Shown one piece after another: positions 1 through 8,576 of a stretch of 64,000 nucleotides of DNA. The stretch's first letter is position 1. Each line of letters begins with the position of its first letter. This DNA is from a virus. The DNA lies in the IMG/VR virus record IMGVR_UViG_3300025674_000021, positions 37,707 through 101,706 of that record. One strand, written 5' to 3'. Under the pieces are notes generated by a model that was given only the letters and a program-made list of their open reading frames with translations, was not told the origin of the DNA and searched no databases. The translations under genes were made by a program, and so were the position numbers.

Positions 1-471
1 AAACTTGCATACAACCCATCTAAATCTCAAAGAGATCAACTGTATACCAACAGAATTAACCCAGTAATCTTCTCACCAGGTTCTGGAATGATTCTATTCG
101 GTGACAGAACTGGAATGGCGAAGGCATCTGCGTTTGATCGCATCAATGTACGTCGTCTGTTTATCTACCTCGAAGAGGCAATTTCAAGAGCAGCAAAAGA
201 TTCTCTGTTTGAGTTCAATGACGAACTTACAAGAACAAACTTCGTAAATACCGTTGAACCTTTCCTTCGTGATGTTCAGGCGAAGAGAGGTATTCAAGAT
301 TATGTCGTCGTTTGCGACGAGACAAACAACACTGCAGCAATCATTGATAATAATGAGTTTGTTGCTGACATTTACATTAAACCAGCAAGGTCTATCAACT
401 TTATTGGTCTGAACTTCATCGCCACTAAGACCGGCGTTGATTTTGAAGAGATCATCGGTAACTTTAATTAA
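1..471 (+). CDS. gp18: Tail sheath protein, C-terminal part (5' end outside window)
   Basis: Frame is open from base 1 (KLAYNPSKSQRDQLY..RINPV); FDRINVRRLF and IKPARSINFI motifs; directly upstream of tail tube gene. Confidence 0.95.
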   Translation, partial: KLAYNPSKSQRDQLYTNRINPVIFSPGSGMILFGDRTGMAKASAFDRINVRRLFIYLEEAISRAAKDSLFEFNDELTRTNFVNTVEPFLRDVQAKRGIQDYVVVCDETNNTAAIIDNNEFVADIYIKPARSINFIGLNFIATKTGVDFEEIIGNFN

Positions 472-485
472 TAGGTTTAACAACA

Positions 486-1076
486 ATGGCAACTAGAAAT
501 CAATTTAATCCACCCCCACTGAGAAAAATTACGGACTTTAAGTCCAAGTTGACGGGTGGCGGTGCAAGATCAAACCTTTTTGAAGTTGTTCTTTCTTTCC
601 CAGGAATTGCTCCTGCTGACACCACAACTCTGGACAAAGCAAGATTTATGGTGAAGGGAGCAAACCTCCCTGCATCTAACATTGCTCCTCTGGATGTTCC
701 TTTTAGAGGAAGAACCCTAAAGGTTGCTGGAGATAGATCATTCGAAAGCTGGACTATTACCGTCATCAACGATACTGATTTTACAATCAGATCTGCATTC
801 GAAAACTGGATGAATGCTATCAACAGAGTATCAAATTCTACTGGTGCTACTGATCCAACAACTTATACAGCAGATGCTTTCGTCTATCAACTTGATCGTA
901 ACGGCGGAACACTGAGAGCATATCATTTCTATGATATCTTCCCATCATCTGTTGGTGCTATCGCACTTGATTCAGGTAACAGCAACATCCAAGAATTCCC
1001 AGTTGAGTTCCAAATCCTCTGGTGGGAAGCAATCGTTGGTAACGCTCCTGAAGCAGGCGGCGAAAATATCGACTAA
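486..1076 (+). CDS. gp19: Tail tube protein
   Basis: GGARSNLFEV, VPFRGR.LKVAGDR.FE.WTITVIND motifs; synteny. Confidence 0.95.
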   Translation: MATRNQFNPPPLRKITDFKSKLTGGGARSNLFEVVLSFPGIAPADTTTLDKARFMVKGANLPASNIAPLDVPFRGRTLKVAGDRSFESWTITVINDTDFTIRSAFENWMNAINRVSNSTGATDPTTYTADAFVYQLDRNGGTLRAYHFYDIFPSSVGAIALDSGNSNIQEFPVEFQILWWEAIVGNAPEAGGENID

Positions 1077-1107
1077 ATAGATAAGATAAGATAGTTTACT
1101 TTATAAA

Positions 1108-2766
1108 ATGGCGAAACTTTTTGGTTTTTCGATTGATGATGGTCAAAATAAGAAGAAGGACTCTATCGCTTCCCCCGTTCCTCAGTCAAATGAGGACGGG
1201 GTTGATCACTATGTACAGTCAGGATTTTACGGTCAATACGTAGATATTGAAGGTGTATATAGAACAGAGTTTGACCTCATCAAGAGATACAGAGAAATGG
1301 CTCTGCATCCAGAATGTGATAACGTCATCGAAAGCATTGTAAATGAAGCAATTGTAAGTGACCTATACGATTCGCCAGTTGAAATTGAATTATCCAATTT
1401 AAATGCTAGCGATAGATTAAAACAGATTATTAGAGAAGAGTTTAAGTCGATCAAAGAGATGCTCGACTTCGACAGGAAATCTCATGAAATTTTTAGGAAC
1501 TGGTATGTTGATGGTAGATTATTCTACTTTAAGGTAATTGACCAGAAAAATCCTGCTGCAGGTATTCAAGATATTAGATATATTGATCCACTGAAGATCA
1601 AACATATCAGACAAGAGAAGAAGAGAGACGCAAATCAACTTCAACCAAATTTTAAAAACACTGGCGAGTCATTCGACTTCCCAGAGATTGAAGAGTATTT
1701 CGTATATACTCAGGCATCTTCTCATCATAACAGTGCATATGGTGCTCAAAAGAAGACACTTAAAATTGCAAAAGATTCAATTGCATACTGCACCTCTGGT
1801 TTAGTAGATAGAAATAAAGGAACGATTCTTTCATATCTTCACAAAGCAATTAAGTCACTTAATCAACTTCGTATGATTGAGGACTCTTTGGTAATTTACA
1901 GATTATCAAGAGCACCAGAACGTAGAATCTTCTACATTGATGTCGGTAACTTACCTAAAGTAAAAGCAGAGCAATACCTCAAAGAGGTCATGTCTCGCTA
2001 TAGGAATAAACTTGTTTACGATGCTAACACTGGAGAAATCCGTGATGATCGTAAGTATATGAGTATGTTGGAAGATTTCTGGCTTCCTAGAAGGGAAGGT
2101 GGAAGAGGAACTGAGATTTCAACTCTACCTGGTGGAGGAAACCTTGGTGAACTTTCTGACGTTGAATATTTCCAAAAGAAACTATACAGATCTCTTGGAG
2201 TTCCAGAAACAAGAGTCGCTGGTGGTGGAGATGGATTTAACCTAGGAAGATCATCAGAAATTCTTCGTGATGAGTTGATGTTCTCTAAATTTGTTGGTCG
2301 TCTGAGAAAAAGATTTGGTAATCTTTTCAATGACCTACTCAAAACTCAATTAATCCTCAAGAATATTGTATCTCCTGAAGATTGGGAGGTTATGAGTGAT
2401 CATATTCAATATGACTTCTTGTATGATAATCACTTTGCAGAGTTGAAGGAAGCAGAACTATTAACAAATAGAATGACGCTTGCTACAACTATGGAACCAT
2501 ATATTGGAAAGTATTACTCTACAGAATATATCCGTAAGAAAGTTCTTAGACAAACTGATAGCGAAATCATTGACATTGATGCTCAGATTGAAGATGAAAT
2601 TGAAAAAGGAATTCTTCCTGATCCTAATGCTCCGGTAGATGAGAATGGAAATCCTTTACCAACTGACGGATCAGTACAAGTTGGACAGAACGGAGAAGTT
2701 CCTATGGAACCTGTTGCAGACGAAAAAACAGTCGAAATACCTGAACCAAAGGGCGGTAAAATATAA
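1108..2766 (+). CDS. gp20: Portal protein
   Basis: IYRLSRAPERRIFYIDVGNLPK.KAEQYL and EDFWLPRREGGRGTEI motifs. Confidence 0.97.
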   Translation: MAKLFGFSIDDGQNKKKDSIASPVPQSNEDGVDHYVQSGFYGQYVDIEGVYRTEFDLIKRYREMALHPECDNVIESIVNEAIVSDLYDSPVEIELSNLNASDRLKQIIREEFKSIKEMLDFDRKSHEIFRNWYVDGRLFYFKVIDQKNPAAGIQDIRYIDPLKIKHIRQEKKRDANQLQPNFKNTGESFDFPEIEEYFVYTQASSHHNSAYGAQKKTLKIAKDSIAYCTSGLVDRNKGTILSYLHKAIKSLNQLRMIEDSLVIYRLSRAPERRIFYIDVGNLPKVKAEQYLKEVMSRYRNKLVYDANTGEIRDDRKYMSMLEDFWLPRREGGRGTEISTLPGGGNLGELSDVEYFQKKLYRSLGVPETRVAGGGDGFNLGRSSEILRDELMFSKFVGRLRKRFGNLFNDLLKTQLILKNIVSPEDWEVMSDHIQYDFLYDNHFAELKEAELLTNRMTLATTMEPYIGKYYSTEYIRKKVLRQTDSEIIDIDAQIEDEIEKGILPDPNAPVDENGNPLPTDGSVQVGQNGEVPMEPVADEKTVEIPEPKGGKI

Positions 2767-2769
2767 ATA
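2762..2769 (+). promoter_or_regulatory. T4-type late promoter (gp55)
   Basis: Exact TATAAATA upstream of head-core genes. Confidence 0.8.
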
Positions 2770-2800
2770 ACATTATATCAACATAATACCAATTTTTTTC

Positions 2801-2971
2801 ATGGAAGATATTATCGACTTGATTGCAACTGATGCTTCACCTTCTCAAGTTTCTGACAGTATTAAACAACAACTTTTTGCAAAATCTGTAGAAAGAATTA
2901 ATACAATGAGACCTGAAGTTGCTAGCAATATGTTTAGTGACGAAGATAGCGAAACAGGAACAGAAGAATGA
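2801..2971 (+). CDS. Small acidic protein (56 aa) at the position of T4 prohead core genes; below ORF-track cutoff
   Basis: MEDIIDLIATDASPSQVSDSIKQQLFAKSVERINTMRPEVASNMFSDEDSETGTEE; follows late promoter; ATGA overlap with next ORF. Confidence 0.75.
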   Translation: MEDIIDLIATDASPSQVSDSIKQQLFAKSVERINTMRPEVASNMFSDEDSETGTEE

Positions 2972-3225
2972 TCGTAAAACCATTAACAGCTGCTGTTGAC
3001 GTTAGTACGGCTCCAAGTAATTTGGATTCGGCAAGTGTTATCTCTGTAGTTAATACAAGCAATGCTGCGGTATCTATTACTTTAGCAGGATCTGTATCAA
3101 TCCCATTTTGGATTGGTGCAGGGGAAAGAATTAGTATTGAGAAAGAATACGCAGCGACTGTTGTATGTGACCCAGCTCAATCTGCAGGAACTGTTTACGC
3201 AAATAAAGTAGCATACACAAATTAA
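2968..3225 (+). CDS. Hypothetical protein (head module)
   Basis: 85-aa ORF tightly packed between neighbours. Confidence 0.75.
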   Translation: MIVKPLTAAVDVSTAPSNLDSASVISVVNTSNAAVSITLAGSVSIPFWIGAGERISIEKEYAATVVCDPAQSAGTVYANKVAYTN

Positions 3226-3229
3226 TCAA

Positions 3230-3880
3230 ATGAAACTCATAACAGAAGAAGTATCTAACGTAAAAATTATTACCGAAGGTAAAGGTAGCGGTAAAAAGAT
3301 GTACATTGAAGGTGTATTCCTTCAAGGCGACATCAAAAACCGTAACGGAAGAATGTATCCAATGGATACTCTTTCGAAAGAAGTAAATCGCTATTGCGAA
3401 ACTTTCGTTAATAAGGGTCGTGCTCTTGGTGAGTTGGGACATCCTGATGGACCAACTGTAAATCTTGACCGTGTGTCCCACAAGATTACTTCTTTGGTTA
3501 GAGAAGGTTCTAATTTTAAAGGTAAAGCACAACTTCTAAATACACCGATGGGCAAAATTGCTTCATCACTTATTGGTGAGGGAGTTATGCTTGGTGTTTC
3601 TTCCCGTGGTGTTGGTTCACTTAAGACCACTAGCGAAGGACACAAAATCGTTGGCGAAGATTTCATGCTAGCAACTGCTGCTGATATCGTTGCCGATCCT
3701 TCTGCACCTGATGCGTTTGTTCAGGGAATTATGGAAGGAAAGGAGTGGATTTGGGATGGAGGAATCCTTCGTGAACAACTCGCTGAGCGTACAGAAAGAA
3801 GAATTAATACTCTTGTTGCACAGAGAGCACTTGAAGAGCATAAGCTAAATCTATTCCAAGATTTCCTCTCAAATCTCTAA
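3230..3880 (+). CDS. gp21: Prohead core protease
   Basis: NRNGRMYP, ALGELGHP, GVSSRG.GSL, DIVADPSAPDAFV motifs. Confidence 0.96.
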   Translation: MKLITEEVSNVKIITEGKGSGKKMYIEGVFLQGDIKNRNGRMYPMDTLSKEVNRYCETFVNKGRALGELGHPDGPTVNLDRVSHKITSLVREGSNFKGKAQLLNTPMGKIASSLIGEGVMLGVSSRGVGSLKTTSEGHKIVGEDFMLATAADIVADPSAPDAFVQGIMEGKEWIWDGGILREQLAERTERRINTLVAQRALEEHKLNLFQDFLSNL

Positions 3881-3882
3881 AT

Positions 3883-3890
3883 TATAAATA
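3883..3890 (+). promoter_or_regulatory. T4-type late promoter
   Basis: TATAAATA upstream of gp22. Confidence 0.8.
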
Positions 3891-3923
3891 AATATAGATT
3901 ATACTTAAAAAAATCTAAAAACA

Positions 3924-5066
3924 ATGTCCGTTGGTAGCAATTTACAAGAAATGGAAAACGTAGTAACCAAAGGGGCAGCTGCTGCCGATCCAATGCCAAG
4001 TTCTGGTTCTAATGCATCTGGAGTCATGGCTCCTGGTCAAACCGGTAACTGGGAAGATCTCGGCGGTCCTACTCCTGAAAATTATCGTCCAGACGACGAG
4101 TCCGCAACACTTAAGACCCCAGGTTCAACATTGTCTCAAGTAAGAGACGTTGTTAATGCTAAGGCAAAACCTGCTGATCCTATGCCTAAGGGTATGAAGG
4201 AAGAGGAAGAGGTAGAAGGTGAAGTCGTGGCAGAAGAGGATGCAGTTAGTGAAGAAGAAACTACCACGGAAGTTGTAGCAGAAGAAGAAGAAGTCGAAAC
4301 TGAAACCGAAGAAGTAATTGAGTATGATGTCGAAGAAGACATCAATGCTCTGATTGCAGGCGAAGAACTCTCTGAGGAATTCGAAGAGAGAGCACGTACT
4401 ATCTTTGAAACTGCAATTAACGCTAAGGTTGCTGAGATCAAAGAAGAACTCGTAGCATCCTACGAAGCATCCCTCGTAGAGGAAGTTTCTTCAATTAAAA
4501 CCGAACTCACTGATCGTGTCGATGCATACCTTGAGTATGTTGCAGACGAGTGGATTTCTGAGAATTCAATCGCTGTAGAGCACGGTCTTAAGACCGAAAT
4601 GACTGAATCATTCCTCTCCGGAATGAAGTCACTTTTTGAAGAACATTATGTAACCGTTCCTGAAGATAAGTATGATGTAATCGAGAGTATGGTAGATAAA
4701 CTTGATGAAATGGAAGGAAAACTCAACGAGCAGATCGAACGTAATGTCGCTCTGAATCGTAGATTAGCAGAGTCAGTTGCTGATGTAATTTTTGCAGATG
4801 TCGCTGAGGGATTAGCAATTTCTCAGAAAGACAAACTCGCTTCTCTTGCTGAAAATGTTGAGTTTGATAGTGAAGAGAGCTATCGTGAGAAACTGGTAAC
4901 ACTGAGAGAATCATATTTCCCAGTTAATACCGGTGCTCAGAAAGAGGATTCTGAGAATCTGTCTGAAGAAGTAACTTTGACCGAAGAGACCGAAATGATC
5001 TCTGAGGGAGCAACAAACGCAATGGATGCTTATCTTCAGGTACTTCGCAGATCCGCGAACAAGTGA
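3924..5066 (+). CDS. gp22: Prohead core scaffold protein
   Basis: Very acidic coiled-coil; VDAYLEYVADEW motif; between gp21 and gp23. Confidence 0.93.
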   Translation: MSVGSNLQEMENVVTKGAAAADPMPSSGSNASGVMAPGQTGNWEDLGGPTPENYRPDDESATLKTPGSTLSQVRDVVNAKAKPADPMPKGMKEEEEVEGEVVAEEDAVSEEETTTEVVAEEEEVETETEEVIEYDVEEDINALIAGEELSEEFEERARTIFETAINAKVAEIKEELVASYEASLVEEVSSIKTELTDRVDAYLEYVADEWISENSIAVEHGLKTEMTESFLSGMKSLFEEHYVTVPEDKYDVIESMVDKLDEMEGKLNEQIERNVALNRRLAESVADVIFADVAEGLAISQKDKLASLAENVEFDSEESYREKLVTLRESYFPVNTGAQKEDSENLSEEVTLTEETEMISEGATNAMDAYLQVLRRSANK

Positions 5067-5120
5067 TTTTTAAATCATAAAGTCAAACTAACTTTTTTTA
5101 AACACTAGAGGTTAACTCAA

Positions 5121-6536
5121 ATGCAGATGTACAACACCGAATATCTGCAGGAGAAGTGGTCACCAATCCTCGATTACGAGGGTATGGATCCTATCAAAGA
5201 TTCACATCGTAGAGCGGTAACTGCTATCCTGCTGGAAAACCAAGAAAAAGAATTACGCGAGGAAAGAGCATTCCTTAGCGAGAATGGCCCAACCAACTCC
5301 GCAGGAACAGGCGGATTCTCTGGTTCAGGCGCAAACACAACAGGAACCCCTGTTGCAGGTTTCGATCCCGTACTGATCTCCCTGATCCGTCGTTCGATGC
5401 CTAACCTGGTCGCTTATGACCTCTGTGGCGTTCAGCCAATGAACGGTCCTACCGGACTGATCTTTGCAATGCGCTCCCGCTACAACAACCAGACCGGTGC
5501 AGAGACCTTCTACAACGAAGTCGATTCCGCATTCTCTGGTCAGGCAAAAGGACTCGCATACGAAGACGGCTTCACCGATGGTGCAGTTGGTCTGGGTACA
5601 ACCGCACAAGGCGGAAGCAACCCATCAATCCTTGATCCTTCTAACCAAGCAAATAACGCAGGTCCTGGTGCTAACCAGTACAACGCTGGCGGCGGCATGA
5701 CCACCGGCAAAGCAGAAGCACTCCGTGGCGACGACGCTGATGCTTTCAACGAGATGGCATTCTCGATTGAGAAACTGACCGCAACTGCTAAGTCAAGAGC
5801 ACTGAAAGCAGAATACTCCCTGGAACTGGCACAAGACCTCAGAGCAATCCACGGTCTGAATGCTGAAGCAGAACTCGCAAACATCCTCAGCACTGAGATT
5901 CTTGCTGAGATCAACCGCGAGATCATCCGTACCATCTACAAGGTCGCAGTTCCTGGCGCACAGGTCAACACCGCAACCCCTGGAACCTTCGACCTCGACG
6001 TTGACTCCAACGGCAGATGGTCTGTTGAGAAGTTCAAGGGTCTGATCTTCCAGATCGAAAGAGATGCTAACGCAATCGCGCAGCAAACTCGTAGAGGGAA
6101 GGGCAACATGATCCTCTGCTCCGCAGACGTTGCTTCCGCACTCACCATGGCAGGCGTTCTGGATTACACCCCTGCACTCAACGCTAACCTCCAGGTTGAC
6201 GACACCGGTAACACCTTCGCTGGTGTTCTGCAAGGTAAGTATCGTGTATACATCGATCCTTATTCTGCAAACGTTTCTGGTAACCAGTTCTATGTTGCTG
6301 GTTATAAGGGAACCAACCCTTATGACGCAGGTCTCTTCTACTGCCCATACGTTCCTCTCCAGATGGTTCGTGCAGTTGGCGAGAACACCTTCCAGCCTAA
6401 GATTGGCTTTAAGACCCGCTATGCGGTCGTCGCAAACCCATTCGCAAAAGGCGCTACCGAAGCATCTGCTCCAGACAACATCGCAACCAACTCCAACGTA
6501 TACTACAGAAGAGTCAAAGTCCAAAATCTTATGTGA
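5121..6536 (+). CDS. gp23: Major capsid protein
   Basis: GVQPMNGPTGLIFAMR, KSRALKAEYSLELAQDLRAIHGL, FQPKIGFKTRY motifs. Confidence 0.98.
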   Translation: MQMYNTEYLQEKWSPILDYEGMDPIKDSHRRAVTAILLENQEKELREERAFLSENGPTNSAGTGGFSGSGANTTGTPVAGFDPVLISLIRRSMPNLVAYDLCGVQPMNGPTGLIFAMRSRYNNQTGAETFYNEVDSAFSGQAKGLAYEDGFTDGAVGLGTTAQGGSNPSILDPSNQANNAGPGANQYNAGGGMTTGKAEALRGDDADAFNEMAFSIEKLTATAKSRALKAEYSLELAQDLRAIHGLNAEAELANILSTEILAEINREIIRTIYKVAVPGAQVNTATPGTFDLDVDSNGRWSVEKFKGLIFQIERDANAIAQQTRRGKGNMILCSADVASALTMAGVLDYTPALNANLQVDDTGNTFAGVLQGKYRVYIDPYSANVSGNQFYVAGYKGTNPYDAGLFYCPYVPLQMVRAVGENTFQPKIGFKTRYAVVANPFAKGATEASAPDNIATNSNVYYRRVKVQNLM

Positions 6537-6557
6537 TCACAGTCACATATTTCTCAG

Positions 6558-6583
6558 AGGGATCCTTCGGGATCCCTTTTTTT
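6558..6583 (+). terminator. Intrinsic terminator with cUUCGg tetraloop
   Basis: AGGGATCC-TTCG-GGATCCCT followed by a T-run, after gp23. Confidence 0.9.
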
Positions 6584-6607
6584 GTCTAAATAAATAAGAA
6601 AGCTCCA

Positions 6608-6808
6608 ATGGAAGAAAATGATTGGTCGGTTGATTGGACATTAGATGTTCATAAAGTCAGAGCACTTTATGATGTCATACACTATACCTGGGAAAATTGG
6701 CCAGGATATCCAGCAAGACCAAAAGAAGAACAGGAGTTTTTAATATCGACCAAATCTGAACTTTTTGCAATGTTAATGGATTACACTTTCAAGACGAAAA
6801 ATCAATGA
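6608..6808 (+). CDS. Hypothetical protein
   Basis: 66-aa ORF after TAAATA late-promoter-like site. Confidence 0.7.
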   Translation: MEENDWSVDWTLDVHKVRALYDVIHYTWENWPGYPARPKEEQEFLISTKSELFAMLMDYTFKTKNQ

Positions 6809-7590
6809 GAACGTTTAAAGAATTTCAATATATTTGCGAAAGATCCCTTTCTAAGTGTGAAAAAGACAGAAAAGAAGGTATTACCAAAGGCATGAAGAAG
6901 AATGCTTCTGACTTTAAAGATCGTTATGGTGGCAATTGGAAAGGAGTTATGTACGCTACTGCCACCAAGATGGCAAAGAAATCTAAGTGTAAGAAGGATG
7001 TTAAAGAATTTTGGAATCCATTAGCAAAACCAAAAGCAAAACCTGCTGTAAAGAAAAAAAATTCTACTGTTTTAGCATATAAAAACTATAAACCAGGAGT
7101 TCTTAACAAAGATACTGGAAAATTTACTCAACGTGATCATACACCAGATGAAGCAAAGAGATATGGTTGGAAACCAGTAAAGACAAGTTCTTATGGTCCC
7201 AGAGATACTACATCTCAGGCATATAATACTGGAAAAGATAAAGTTCAAAGAACTGCAGATGGAACTCCATTTACAGGGTCTACAAGAGGTGTAGCAGTTC
7301 CATATAAGTATAAAAAGAATGAAGTTCCTAAAGGTGTTTGGGCAGGAACACCATCAAGGAAATTTGGATCTGATGTGACATTTACAAATAAACCACTTGG
7401 AAATGCTCCAGGAAAAACTAAAACTGTTACCACTAAAGTAAGAGATACTGGAAACTTTGGTGCTGCTGGTGAAGTTAATAAAAGTACTAGTTTTGATTTG
7501 ATGAGGCAAACAGCAAGAGATTTATCTGGTAATCAAAAACTCACACCAACACAATGGGGAAAAAGAACCGTTTACGTGAGGTCTAACTAA
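6805..7590 (+). CDS. Basic putative head-internal protein with C-terminal RlpA-like double-psi beta-barrel
   Basis: N-terminus MRTFKEF..CE resembles T4 capsid-targeting sequence; C-terminus RTADGTPF..GVAV..FGSDVTF..VRDTG..FDLM..TARDL follows the RlpA/DPBB pattern. Confidence 0.6.
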   Translation: MRTFKEFQYICERSLSKCEKDRKEGITKGMKKNASDFKDRYGGNWKGVMYATATKMAKKSKCKKDVKEFWNPLAKPKAKPAVKKKNSTVLAYKNYKPGVLNKDTGKFTQRDHTPDEAKRYGWKPVKTSSYGPRDTTSQAYNTGKDKVQRTADGTPFTGSTRGVAVPYKYKKNEVPKGVWAGTPSRKFGSDVTFTNKPLGNAPGKTKTVTTKVRDTGNFGAAGEVNKSTSFDLMRQTARDLSGNQKLTPTQWGKRTVYVRSN

Positions 7591-8120
7591 TGGCAAATTG
7601 CAACTTTCCGAATCAGATAGATAATAGAAATTTTCTTTCTCCGATTGGGTTTAAATTTTCTTTATCAAAAGAACCAACGGTAGCATTCTTTGCTAATGCT
7701 GCCCAGATTCCAAACCTGAATCTCAAGGTAGAGACACAATCGACATATTTAAAGAACATCCCTGTACCCGGAGATGTTATGGAGTTTGGTGACTTCACAT
7801 TGAAGTTCATTGTCGATGAAGACATGGAAAACTACATGGCAGTACATAACTGGTTATATGGTCTAGGTTTTCCAGAATCAACCAAGCAGTATAAAGATCT
7901 AATCACAGATAAAAATGGTGTAGAAGACATCAAATACGAAAGAAGTGATGGAACTCTGTTTATTCTGAATAGTAACTATCAGACCTCCGCAAAGGTTAGA
8001 TTCACAGATATGTTCCCTTATTCACTCTCTTCTCTAGAGTTTGATGCCACTAACTCAGATCTAACATACTTTACAGCAACAGTATCTTTCAAGTATACTA
8101 TATACGATATCGAAGTTTAA
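7590..8120 (+). CDS. gp3: Tail tube terminator / tail completion protein
   Basis: NRNFLSPIGFKF and FIVDEDMENY..HNWL.GLG motifs; synteny. Confidence 0.9.
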   Translation: MANCNFPNQIDNRNFLSPIGFKFSLSKEPTVAFFANAAQIPNLNLKVETQSTYLKNIPVPGDVMEFGDFTLKFIVDEDMENYMAVHNWLYGLGFPESTKQYKDLITDKNGVEDIKYERSDGTLFILNSNYQTSAKVRFTDMFPYSLSSLEFDATNSDLTYFTATVSFKYTIYDIEV

Positions 8121-8123
8121 ATT

Positions 8124-8552
8124 ATGGACCTTGAAAAAATTCAATCTATGTGGGAAAGGGACTCTCAGATGGATCGGGATAACTTGCATGAAGAGTCATT
8201 GAGAATCCCTCAACTTCATTCAAAATATCATACTGTATACAATACGATTCAACTTCTCAAAGAAAATTCTAAAACAAAGTATAACAAGATTCGCCTAGAA
8301 CGCTATAACTACTACACAGGAAAGGCATCAGCAGAGGTCTACGCTGAAGAACCATTTCCGTATAAGATTCGTGAAAAGGACGCCATACAGAGGCATCTAG
8401 ACGCCGATGAGAGGTTGAATGAAGCAGAATTAAAGATTCGGTATTATGATGTTACTTTAAAGTACCTTGAAGACATTATTAAGTCAATTAATAATAGGAC
8501 TTATCAGATCAAAAACGCAATTGATTGGCATAATTTCCAGGCAGGTTTTTAA
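8124..8552 (+). CDS. uvsY: Recombination mediator UvsY
   Basis: IP.LHSKY, YYTGKA..EVY...PF, NRTYQIKNAIDW motifs. Confidence 0.92.
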   Translation: MDLEKIQSMWERDSQMDRDNLHEESLRIPQLHSKYHTVYNTIQLLKENSKTKYNKIRLERYNYYTGKASAEVYAEEPFPYKIREKDAIQRHLDADERLNEAELKIRYYDVTLKYLEDIIKSINNRTYQIKNAIDWHNFQAGF

Positions 8553-8576
8553 TAAATAAAAATAAACCTTCTGACG

